From a virus: DNA of 64,000 nucleotides. The position numbers were made by a program, and so were the translations under genes. The stretch lies in the IMG/VR virus record IMGVR_UViG_3300008261_000005, one strand, 5' to 3'. The notes below the pieces were generated by a model that did not search any database, was not told the origin of the DNA, and saw nothing but the letters and a program-made list of their open reading frames with translations. Of the stretch, positions 55,658-64,000 are shown one piece after another (position 1 is the stretch's first letter; each line of letters opens with the position of its first letter).

Positions 55658-55663
55658 TATTTA
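55658..55663 (-). promoter_or_regulatory. T4-like late promoter core (TAAATA)
   Basis: In the gap upstream of 55638. Confidence 0.5.
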
Positions 55664-55685
55664 TTCAGTATTAATAACTGCTACT

Positions 55686-58600
55686 TTAAGTTGTGCTAGG
55701 ATTCTTGGCTGCTAGCGGGATGCCTTCGGTTGCTTTGATAAAGTTGGCAACTTTATTGTTTGAATCAACCAAAGCAGTGCCTGGATCATACCAAACTTTG
55801 CCAATTTTCTTAATAATAATCACCTTTGTTCCAATGGTTAAATCATTCAACAGTGTAACACCTGCGGTTGTTTCGTCTACTGAAAAATCAGCAGCAAATG
55901 ATACATCACCTTCCGTACTTTCCCAATGATTTTCTACATTGTACATTGAATAAGGATGCTTCTTAAGTCTTTGATTGCCTACAAAAAATTCCCAATTTGT
56001 TCGATCGTCTGTAAAACTGCTGGAACTCTTATGTGCTATTACGCATCTAAATGTAGAGCTTCCGTATAATACAATTTCACCAACTGAATAGTCAGTTAGT
56101 TCTGTCCAAGGCACTATGTTATAACCGCCAACAAATACTTCAATATCAGCTGGTACAGTGCTTACTACAGCATGAGTTACTGGATTTCTAATTGGATAAC
56201 GTTTAGGAATATACTGCAAGGGAATTGTATTAGTTGTACCGTCATGAATATATGTATCAATAATATAGTCATCGTTGTAAGGAATCGTTTCACTTATTCC
56301 AATGTCAATAACCAATGCTCCCGCAACGTGTTTTGTTGGAGTTCCTGTTCCTAGTGTCCCTCTACGCAACTGTCCAAGTACATTTTCATTAATGGTAAAG
56401 AATTCAATTCTTTCTCCGCCAACATAAATGATTCCTGGTAAATTGCGTTGTTTATTTCCCACATTAAGGACTGAGCTGTCAACTACAGTAATAGTTGAGT
56501 CATAAAAGTTTAGATCTAGAGCTAATAATGTTTTCTTATTAGCAGATAATCTCTTATAGTGATCTCTATTCAACATATCCTTAAACTGCATATATCCAAT
56601 TGTTTGTCTAACAACGTTCTTTGTAAATGTAATAATTGAATACACGTCATTTTCAGAAGTATTAGAAGTCAATTTAACTGCGTTCTTATTTGGCGTTAAT
56701 CGATAATCAACACTATGAGTTAACAATGTTCCGTTTTTAATGACCCACACATAATCATCACTCAATACATCTCTGCCTAAATCGAGAATTCCACCAATAA
56801 TTTTATTGTACGTAAAATATTCAACTGAATCTTGCGTTAAAGATATTGTAGGATTTATTTCAACTTCAGATCGCTGAATGTCTAATATGTTGTGATTGTA
56901 GTAAGAAATAATTTCAATTTCTTCTCCTAACAACGGAGTCGTTACAAACGTAATGTTAGTTTCTGATGTTATAAAATATTCAGCAGTTGTTAAAATGCTT
57001 ATTACCAAAGTCGCATTATTAATGTATACTCCAGCTTTCAATACAATGGCACCAGCTAATAAATCAACAGTATAATCTAACATCAATCTCATTTTTACGC
57101 CAGCAACATATATGTCAAAATCATCAATATTAAACACTTCAGCTTGAAATTTATGTGCTGGAATTGAATATGTTAATTGATTGTTTGATAATGTATAGTA
57201 TGTACAATTAGGACCAGTAAGAATACGTTGTCCAGATTTAACTATAACATTAGATTCTAATGGTAACGCTTGACCAACAGAGTTGGCTAACGTAAAGTTA
57301 TTAGTAGATCCGTCTCCTATTAAAGTTTCGCTTGTTGCTAAACTATAAGAGCTATCTGAAGAACTAGAAATTAAATAATTAATAATTGCCCCAACAGCTG
57401 GCGCGGCGCCAAATTTAATGCCAATTCTATCTGTTGCTTCATATGTTGAATCTGTTCTAAACAAGATATAACTTTGGTTGAGTCCAGAAACAATTACTAA
57501 AGAAGATGCTCCTTCAACCCATGGTGATCTAGTTATAAATTCAATATCTGTACCGTTGCCTACAAAGTAATCTAAATCTAAGATGTCTTGACCGTTAAAT
57601 CCAAAACTTGATACTGAAACAATTTCTCCTTGAGGTGGGATTGTTGATAGTGTTACAGACTGTGTGTCATAGTTGATTGTAAAGTCAGTTCCAAGTGCTA
57701 AGAAAGTTCCATCCACTGTTACAGTAACAGCATATTGAGTATTTGGGTACTGTCCTATATCAAAAGTATCTATCACGTTGTCGCTAACATAATTTTTAGT
57801 TGCTAATCTAGCTGAACCGCTGGCCGATCTATGAAATACCTTAACTGCAACTGCGTCAGTAATTTGACCTGGCACCACTTCTTCAGGGGCTGGACTTGAG
57901 GTGGTTGTTACAAAACCGTCGCCATCAACTAATATATCTTCTGCGGCTAAACCAGTAGCTGTAGAATATGCTAGGTTTCCTCCAATTAAGGTAGTGTCAT
58001 AGTCAAGTGAAGAAGGAGTAATTGCTCCGTCACTTGTACTCTTTCGGAAGATAACTTTATCACCATCATTAATATCCAAACTTGGTGTAGATCCTAAATT
58101 GGGCAATGTAATAGTATCAGTTACACCGTCACCCACAAATGTATTCATCACTGCGCCAGCTGGAGCAATTAATCGCCCATTAGGTTGTACAGTTGATCCG
58201 TCATATATATCAAAATACGGATCATCAATTCTAGTACCGTTGACGTATATATTAATTTCTTGTCCTACTGCTGGAATGTAAGGTAACGTGTAAGTGTAAG
58301 TGCTATCTCCAACAGTTACAATAAAATCATCAAAAACAGGATCGTATCCGTCCCACACATCTGCAAACCAAGGCAAATCGTCCCAGCCTGAGCTAGATTT
58401 AAAATTCAATCCAACAATGTTAACTCCGCCGTAATCAACACCAGTCATTAACTGTGATAAATCTTTACCCAATTGTCCACTGATTGGATCGTAGTAGTAT
58501 TGAATTCTATCTGCTGCGGATAGATAATTAAAATCCTTAACGTAATTAATTACAATTACTTCACCATTTGCTGGAGCAGAGTTAAATGTTAACACCCCAG

Positions 58601-61600
58601 AATAACTTGTATGTCCTCTAGTAGTAGTTTTTTTACTAGTCACCGAGAATGTATCTCGCAGTGCTTCTTGGCCGTTAGTATCTGTTGAGCTTGTTTTAAT
58701 AACAACAGTCGTCTTGCCAGTTTTTAAATCTGGACTCCATTTCAATGGGAATTGTAATCGAGATCCAGTTCCAATAAATTCTTCAGTCACAGCTAACGAT
58801 GTAATGTAATACTTGCTAGTAATTCTATCAAATTTAATTTTAATTAAAGAGCTTCGAACTAGATCATTTTTAATAAATGCAACCGCACGAGCTGGAACAC
58901 CAATAGTAGATAATCCGCCGTTCAATTCAACTGTCGGGGCAGAAAAGTATCCTTCACCACTAGTTACTATTTGAATTTTAGTAACTTTGCCGTTTGAAAT
59001 GTATGCTTTAGCCGTTGCTTGGGTTGTATTTGCTCCAGTTATAATAACTTCTGGATTTGTAATATATCCAGAACCACCGTCAACTAACACAATTTCTGAC
59101 ACATAAAATCCAGCATTATCAAGCCAATGTTTCCAAGGATAAGACAACAATTCATCGTTGTTAATAACAATTTCGTTTGTGTCACCAACTGATACTACTA
59201 CTGGAACAGATTGATTACCAATGGTAACTGGTGGTAGATCAAAATCAGTGACAACAGACTGGGTATTATCAATACTAGTATAAGAACTTACATATTCTCT
59301 AATTTTAGTTCTGTATGGTTTTACTTCAGCAATATAGCTTTCAAAATCAGCTAAGTTGTCGTTGTTGTATGTAACTTTCTGTTTTAAATTTCCTACGTTG
59401 TGCATTGCTTTAACAAAACTAGTTTTAAATGCCCAATCAACATATGATTGTTCACTTAATGCATATCTAAGACTTGCAAAGAAAAGTTTTAAGTACACAG
59501 TCCTCAATTCATCAATAAGAACCTTGTCTTTAATAGCTGTTAAAATAATTCTAAGTTCAACTGAACCTGAATTATCAAAAACATCAGTATCGTATAATGG
59601 CCCATCAAATCCTAAATTGGTTGCTACAAATTGATAGAACTTATTGGATATTTGAATTGTTCCATTTTGTCTGCCAATTACTTTGTAACTCTGTGTATAG
59701 TCTACAGAAGACACATCAGCAAACTTTTCTAGTAACATCCAGCCGGCTGAGCCAACAGTTTTAACTTTAACTGTTTGTCCAATATCTGCCAATAGTGTGT
59801 ATAACTGATTTGTTCCATCAACTGAGTAATCAATTTTTGTGAATAAATTATAACCAGGTGCATACCAGTCAACATAATTCCAAAATGCTAAAACATTGTA
59901 GCTTTGAGATTTAGTTCGAATCCAACTAGATGTACCAATATTAAATGCGTATATAGACCACCTTCCTAAGGCCTGTTCATCGCTAATGACCAATACTGCT
60001 AGCGATCTAATTGATAAGGTAGTGCTATTAGTGTACCCTTGGCCAGCATTGTTTATTATTACGCTGGCAATTCCGCCGTTAGCGTCTAAAACTGTTTTAA
60101 GTTTAGCATCTTTGCCAAGGCCATTAACTGTTATATAAGGTGCATTAATATATCCTGAGCCAGCTTTTGTAATAATAACATCTGTAATTCTGCCATCTTC
60201 AATTACTGGTAGTAAAGAAGGCATAGTGAAAGCCCCAGTATTAATTAATCGCAGTTCTGCATCAGTATCAACAACAGAATCATAAAGACCGCTAGGAAGA
60301 ATGCGTGTTCCATCAGCTTGTGTTACATAGTCTGGATAAGCATCGTACTTTTTAAAGTCTGTTAAATCTGTTGAATCAACTATTAGTTCAGATATTAGTG
60401 CAGAATTTAAACGCTCAATATATTGCTTTAGTGCTTCAATTCTATTGATAAACATGCTTTGTCTTGGTCTAAATTGCACCCCGTATTTTAACTTAGGGGG
60501 CAAGTTGATATCTGGAACTTGCCTATTATTGAGATCGTTACCTACTAAACTGTCAATCCATTTAGTTTCAATTGCAGTAGGTATTGATGTGTTAGGATGT
60601 TCACTGATAATTTTCCAATCAGTGTGAATATTCAAATCATCTTGGTCTACTAGCCAGTACTGCGCAGCTAATACGATATCAGAACTAACCAATAAATTTT
60701 GAACGTTTACTAGGCTAAAACTATCTGTTCCAGTAAATTCAACAAATTTATAGCCTTGACTCTTTGGATCTGCTATTAATGTTGCAACGTTGAAGGCAGA
60801 TATTAGTCTATCAGGAGCATTAGGTACTGTTGTTTTATTTTTAACCCAGAAATAATAAGTATTTTTAAAAGTTTTTGCAACGTTGTCATAACGTTTTTTA
60901 ACACTATATGTGGTGTTTCCATACAAACTTGTTCCGCTTATACCAGATGTTAAACCTACTTCAGTATCAGCCAGTTTATCCCACTCAGCTGGAGTATATT
61001 TTGTTTCAACCCACTCGTAAACGTCAATGCTACCAGTTTCATACAGTGTATTCCAAGTAGAATTTCTATAGACAACGTTACCAGTATAGCTATCTAAAAA
61101 TTTAGCTCTATCCAAGTTCCACCATAGAGTTCCAACTTGTTGTCCTAACCAAGCCATTCCGTCATCAACGTTTACTGCATCTGTTCCAACAGAATATGTT
61201 GCTGGATCATAATATGTTTTGTATTTGATTTCTTGCTCGGCAATTCCAGCAATTTTACCTTGCATTGGATCAATAATATCCAAATATGTTACAAGATTGC
61301 TAGTTTTCTTGTTGTATAAAAATAATTTTTTAATTTTTGTTACATCAACTTTATTTTTTTCTGATTGTAAAATGGTCCAGCTAAATGCTGAACGAACTTT
61401 GGAATATGTATAAACAACACCAGCATTTGAAACTTGACTATCTGTTTTTGGAGCTGATACAACTATAGTATTATCTCCAGCAGCAAGTGAATAACCGTAT
61501 TTGTCATTCATTGCATTGTCAACTAATAGAGATTCGCCATAGATAAAAGCAACATCATATTCATCGTAAATGTCAATACGGCCAGCATCTTTATTAAAGT

Positions 61601-64000
61601 CTACGATTTGTGTTGACCCGTTATCAAATATTGTTGACCCGTTATCAATTGAGTAAACAGTTTTACTATCGCCCATTGCGCTAAAAACTGCTAATGTTTT
61701 TCCGCCGTTGATAAGTTTTACTTTTGCTCCAAACTTTTCAGATGTTTCTGGATTTCTATTTGTAATTGTTTGTCGTGCAGCATATCCCAACGAGTCAAGA
61801 TCAAAAATTCTCACAACTCCTTGATCAGCTTTGGTATCATCTGAAAGGATAGACCCCACTGCCATCACACTTCCATCAGGAGTTATTGATACGCTTTCTC
61901 CAAATCGCTCTGGATCAATGGTAAATTGACTTGCTGTTATTGTTTGATCTAGTTCATATAGCGAAGTTGTATAATTGTAAATGAAGATTGATCCAGCTCC
62001 AAAGTTTGTAGTTGGAGCTGTTATAACGAGAGTTGAACCGTCTGCAGTCATGTCTATATCATAACCAAAGTTATCACCATTGGTGGTTGTTGTTTCAACT
62101 TCTCCTTCGCTAACCCAAGAACCCATGTTGCTAAAAATCATAACACGATTTTGATCAAGTCCAGGGAAAGTCTTAACTACAGCCATTCTATAACCAACAC
62201 TTAATTTTGCTAGTTTAATTTTAGATCCAAACAGCTGATTTGTAGTATTTCCACTTGCTAAGTTGGTAACAAATTGATACTCGCCGTTAGTATCAACTTG
62301 ATACATTAGCACACGACCTTGTCCACTAGTTGCGTCTGGGGCTCCAATTGCAAGCCAAACTCCGTCAGGTGAAAATGCTAACTCTTTTCCAAACCCTAGT
62401 AGCGGAGCATAAGCTGGTGGCATTTCAATTGTTTGTTTTTTTGTCCAGCCTGTAGTACTATTTGATTTAACGTACAAGGCAACATTATCTGCATTAGTTG
62501 AAGTTGCTAACACCGTTGCAGTAGCATCTACTGCTACCGTTCTTCCAAACTCTTCATTTATAGTTTGCGTAGAGGCTGTCAATGTTTTTCTTGAAAATAC
62601 TGGATTATTTTGCCATACAGTATTTTGTCCGCCACCGTCTATACCAGACCACAACAATTCGTTTGCTTTTAATTGCAACGGTAACTGTACTGCCTCATTG
62701 ATGCTGCCTATACGGTGACTGTTAAATTTATAGATTAAAATTTGAGAACTATCAGCAAACGGATCTTGCCAACCTGATATAGTTTTATCTATAGTAATCA
62801 AATCTAAATTAACACTACTAACTATATGAAATCCAGAAAGCACCCCAGCGTTGGCGATGCCAATTACGTCACCCGCATTTACTGATGGGATAGATTCACA
62901 TTCTAAAGTAATAACAGAATTAGCGTATTCAACAGTTCTTATAACAAAGTCAGCTTTAGTAAATCTATAAACGTTCCAACTGGTGCCTTCAAATGCTGTC
63001 CAAACATAATCACCTTCTTTTAATACATTGATATCCTCAGATACAATGTCAGTCAACGAGTCAACGTTAAGTGCAACTTGATCATATCTAACGTGGCCAG
63101 GAGTTCTTAGATACGGCTTATAATTTGTTATTGACGGCCAAGGGTTGTTGTTATATCCAGACGGTTTTAAATATAAATCATTTGGCGTCTGACGAATTAC
63201 AAAATCCACTACAGAAGGATCAATGCTGTTTGTTAATTCAAATGCTTGTGGATTAGTTTTAAATAGTGACTCATCTAAAGAAATTTCAATTTCGTCAAAT
63301 GCTTCTGAACCGCCGTATTGTCCAACACGTACAGCCCATTCTTCATTAAAATCAATACTTTCTTGGCCTTCAGCACTTAGTACATCAAATAATTTATTCA
63401 ATGAGTTAGCAGAACCTTTTTCAGGAATCATACCTTGATAAAATTTATATTCGCTTACATCATTTTTAATAATGTTTTCTAAGTATTGTCTTTTTTGATA
63501 TCCAACTAAGTGTTGAGCAACACGCTGTTGCCCGGCATCAAAATTATCAGATTCTAAATCATAAAAGTCAGTAAACTGCTCTGCCTTATAATCCCAGTTG
63601 GGAAGTAGCGCAGAAGTTGGTTTGTTTTCTAATCTAATCCAGCTGCTAGGATTAAATGTTTCAACTCCTGGAAGGAAGTTTTCTGCACTATAATAAAATT
63701 CTTTATATTTTACTATATCGCCTAGATTGTAATCAGTCCAAGAATTCCATTCTGTAATATCAGCTTGATCAAATACAAATCCAGGAATATCAAATCCGCC
63801 ATACCAACCAACTGTACGATAACCAGAAACTTTAATCCTATCTTGTTTATATCCAGCTTCTAAATTGTAAATTGTATCATTAAACTGTGTTGTATTATCA
63901 ATAATTAGTACATGTTCTTTTTGTACTAGATAAAAGCCCGCACCATAAATTCCTATTCCATCAATACGTGGGCTAAAAGAAAATTCGTTATCTTCTCGAG
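55686..64000 (-). CDS. giant baseplate wedge/hub protein (>2700 aa, 5' truncated by window)
   Basis: Hand translation shows the frame stays open from 63998 to the ORF-track Met at 63431; contains FG-GAP-like propeller repeats, F-x-G-D/N-G repeats and a CBM5/12-like segment. Confidence 0.75.
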   Translation of the reverse strand, partial: REDNEFSFSPRIDGIGIYGAGFYLVQKEHVLIIDNTTQFNDTIYNLEAGYKQDRIKVSGYRTVGWYGGFDIPGFVFDQADITEWNSWTDYNLGDIVKYKEFYYSAENFLPGVETFNPSSWIRLENKPTSALLPNWDYKAEQFTDFYDLESDNFDAGQQRVAQHLVGYQKRQYLENIIKNDVSEYKFYQGMIPEKGSANSLNKLFDVLSAEGQESIDFNEEWAVRVGQYGGSEAFDEIEISLDESLFKTNPQAFELTNSIDPSVVDFVIRQTPNDLYLKPSGYNNNPWPSITNYKPYLRTPGHVRYDQVALNVDSLTDIVSEDINVLKEGDYVWTAFEGTSWNVYRFTKADFVIRTVEYANSVITLECESIPSVNAGDVIGIANAGVLSGFHIVSSVNLDLITIDKTISGWQDPFADSSQILIYKFNSHRIGSINEAVQLPLQLKANELLWSGIDGGGQNTVWQNNPVFSRKTLTASTQTINEEFGRTVAVDATATVLATSTNADNVALYVKSNSTTGWTKKQTIEMPPAYAPLLGFGKELAFSPDGVWLAIGAPDATSGQGRVLMYQVDTNGEYQFVTNLASGNTTNQLFGSKIKLAKLSVGYRMAVVKTFPGLDQNRVMIFSNMGSWVSEGEVETTTTNGDNFGYDIDMTADGSTLVITAPTTNFGAGSIFIYNYTTSLYELDQTITASQFTIDPERFGESVSITPDGSVMAVGSILSDDTKADQGVVRIFDLDSLGYAARQTITNRNPETSEKFGAKVKLINGGKTLAVFSAMGDSKTVYSIDNGSTIFDNGSTQIVDFNKDAGRIDIYDEYDVAFIYGESLLVDNAMNDKYGYSLAAGDNTIVVSAPKTDSQVSNAGVVYTYSKVRSAFSWTILQSEKNKVDVTKIKKLFLYNKKTSNLVTYLDIIDPMQGKIAGIAEQEIKYKTYYDPATYSVGTDAVNVDDGMAWLGQQVGTLWWNLDRAKFLDSYTGNVVYRNSTWNTLYETGSIDVYEWVETKYTPAEWDKLADTEVGLTSGISGTSLYGNTTYSVKKRYDNVAKTFKNTYYFWVKNKTTVPNAPDRLISAFNVATLIADPKSQGYKFVEFTGTDSFSLVNVQNLLVSSDIVLAAQYWLVDQDDLNIHTDWKIISEHPNTSIPTAIETKWIDSLVGNDLNNRQVPDINLPPKLKYGVQFRPRQSMFINRIEALKQYIERLNSALISELIVDSTDLTDFKKYDAYPDYVTQADGTRILPSGLYDSVVDTDAELRLINTGAFTMPSLLPVIEDGRITDVIITKAGSGYINAPYITVNGLGKDAKLKTVLDANGGIASVIINNAGQGYTNSTTLSIRSLAVLVISDEQALGRWSIYAFNIGTSSWIRTKSQSYNVLAFWNYVDWYAPGYNLFTKIDYSVDGTNQLYTLLADIGQTVKVKTVGSAGWMLLEKFADVSSVDYTQSYKVIGRQNGTIQISNKFYQFVATNLGFDGPLYDTDVFDNSGSVELRIILTAIKDKVLIDELRTVYLKLFFASLRYALSEQSYVDWAFKTSFVKAMHNVGNLKQKVTYNNDNLADFESYIAEVKPYRTKIREYVSSYTSIDNTQSVVTDFDLPPVTIGNQSVPVVVSVGDTNEIVINNDELLSYPWKHWLDNAGFYVSEIVLVDGGSGYITNPEVIITGANTTQATAKAYISNGKVTKIQIVTSGEGYFSAPTVELNGGLSTIGVPARAVAFIKNDLVRSSLIKIKFDRITSKYYITSLAVTEEFIGTGSRLQFPLKWSPDLKTGKTTVVIKTSSTDTNGQEALRDTFSVTSKKTTTRGHTSYSGVLTFNSAPANGEVIVINYVKDFNYLSAADRIQYYYDPISGQLGKDLSQLMTGVDYGGVNIVGLNFKSSSGWDDLPWFADVWDGYDPVFDDFIVTVGDSTYTYTLPYIPAVGQEINIYVNGTRIDDPYFDIYDGSTVQPNGRLIAPAGAVMNTFVGDGVTDTITLPNLGSTPSLDINDGDKVIFRKSTSDGAITPSSLDYDTTLIGGNLAYSTATGLAAEDILVDGDGFVTTTSSPAPEEVVPGQITDAVAVKVFHRSASGSARLATKNYVSDNVIDTFDIGQYPNTQYAVTVTVDGTFLALGTDFTINYDTQSVTLSTIPPQGEIVSVSSFGFNGQDILDLDYFVGNGTDIEFITRSPWVEGASSLVIVSGLNQSYILFRTDSTYEATDRIGIKFGAAPAVGAIINYLISSSSDSSYSLATSETLIGDGSTNNFTLANSVGQALPLESNVIVKSGQRILTGPNCTYYTLSNNQLTYSIPAHKFQAEVFNIDDFDIYVAGVKMRLMLDYTVDLLAGAIVLKAGVYINNATLVISILTTAEYFITSETNITFVTTPLLGEEIEIISYYNHNILDIQRSEVEINPTISLTQDSVEYFTYNKIIGGILDLGRDVLSDDYVWVIKNGTLLTHSVDYRLTPNKNAVKLTSNTSENDVYSIITFTKNVVRQTIGYMQFKDMLNRDHYKRLSANKKTLLALDLNFYDSTITVVDSSVLNVGNKQRNLPGIIYVGGERIEFFTINENVLGQLRRGTLGTGTPTKHVAGALVIDIGISETIPYNDDYIIDTYIHDGTTNTIPLQYIPKRYPIRNPVTHAVVSTVPADIEVFVGGYNIVPWTELTDYSVGEIVLYGSSTFRCVIAHKSSSSFTDDRTNWEFFVGNQRLKKHPYSMYNVENHWESTEGDVSFAADFSVDETTAGVTLLNDLTIGTKVIIIKKIGKVWYDPGTALVDSNNKVANFIKATEGIPLAAKNPSTT

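Noticed and set aside
1-64000. Stop-codon reassignment, as in some large phages
   Set aside because: Standard-code ORFs tile the window densely with intact motifs; TAG ends 30116-30358 and thyX, and TGA is used in many ATGA overlaps.
1-64000. tRNA genes, CRISPR array, transposase, integrase, homing endonuclease
   Set aside because: Intergenic gaps are short, and no cloverleaf/T-loop signature, repeat-spacer array or relevant protein motif was seen by eye; a tRNAscan/Infernal run would be definitive.
63431-64000. Separate gene or non-coding region upstream of the ORF-track start of the giant protein
   Set aside because: Hand translation shows the same frame open to the window edge, so 63431 is an internal Met.

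Overview
A 64 kb segment of a large, AT-rich tailed-phage genome with T4-like/jumbo myovirus features, read in the standard genetic code; no tRNA, CRISPR array or mobile element was seen. Plus strand (1-35658): the C-terminal part of a ClpA/B ATPase; a late operon of probable internal head proteins carrying T4-style capsid-targeting N-termini and prohead-protease sites (three nucleotidyl-transfer enzymes and a GH19 lysozyme lie within it); DsbA-like protein, family B DNA polymerase, short UDP-sugar dehydrogenase and sliding clamp; a dispersed, atypical 7-deazaguanine DNA-modification locus (DpdA/TGT-like, two oxidoreductases, DpdL/QueD-like, GT-B glycosyltransferase, cupin, PRTase, HIT, FolE, QueE); RNase H, a MoxR-VWA pair and ThyX. 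Minus strand (35655-64000): a giant baseplate protein, three paralogous tail/baseplate proteins, then a ~13.4 kb operon of four glycosyltransferase-like proteins, a methyltransferase-like protein, a QueC-like ligase and six radical SAM enzymes. Two promoter classes are visible: near-consensus sigma70 (TTGACA/T-17-TAnAnT) and T4-late-like TAAATA. The best candidates for undescribed biology are the redox/glycosyltransferase-extended deazaguanine pathway, the radical SAM-glycosyltransferase operon, and the apparently virion-packaged nucleotidyltransferase trio. All functional calls come from motifs read by eye; no searches were run.
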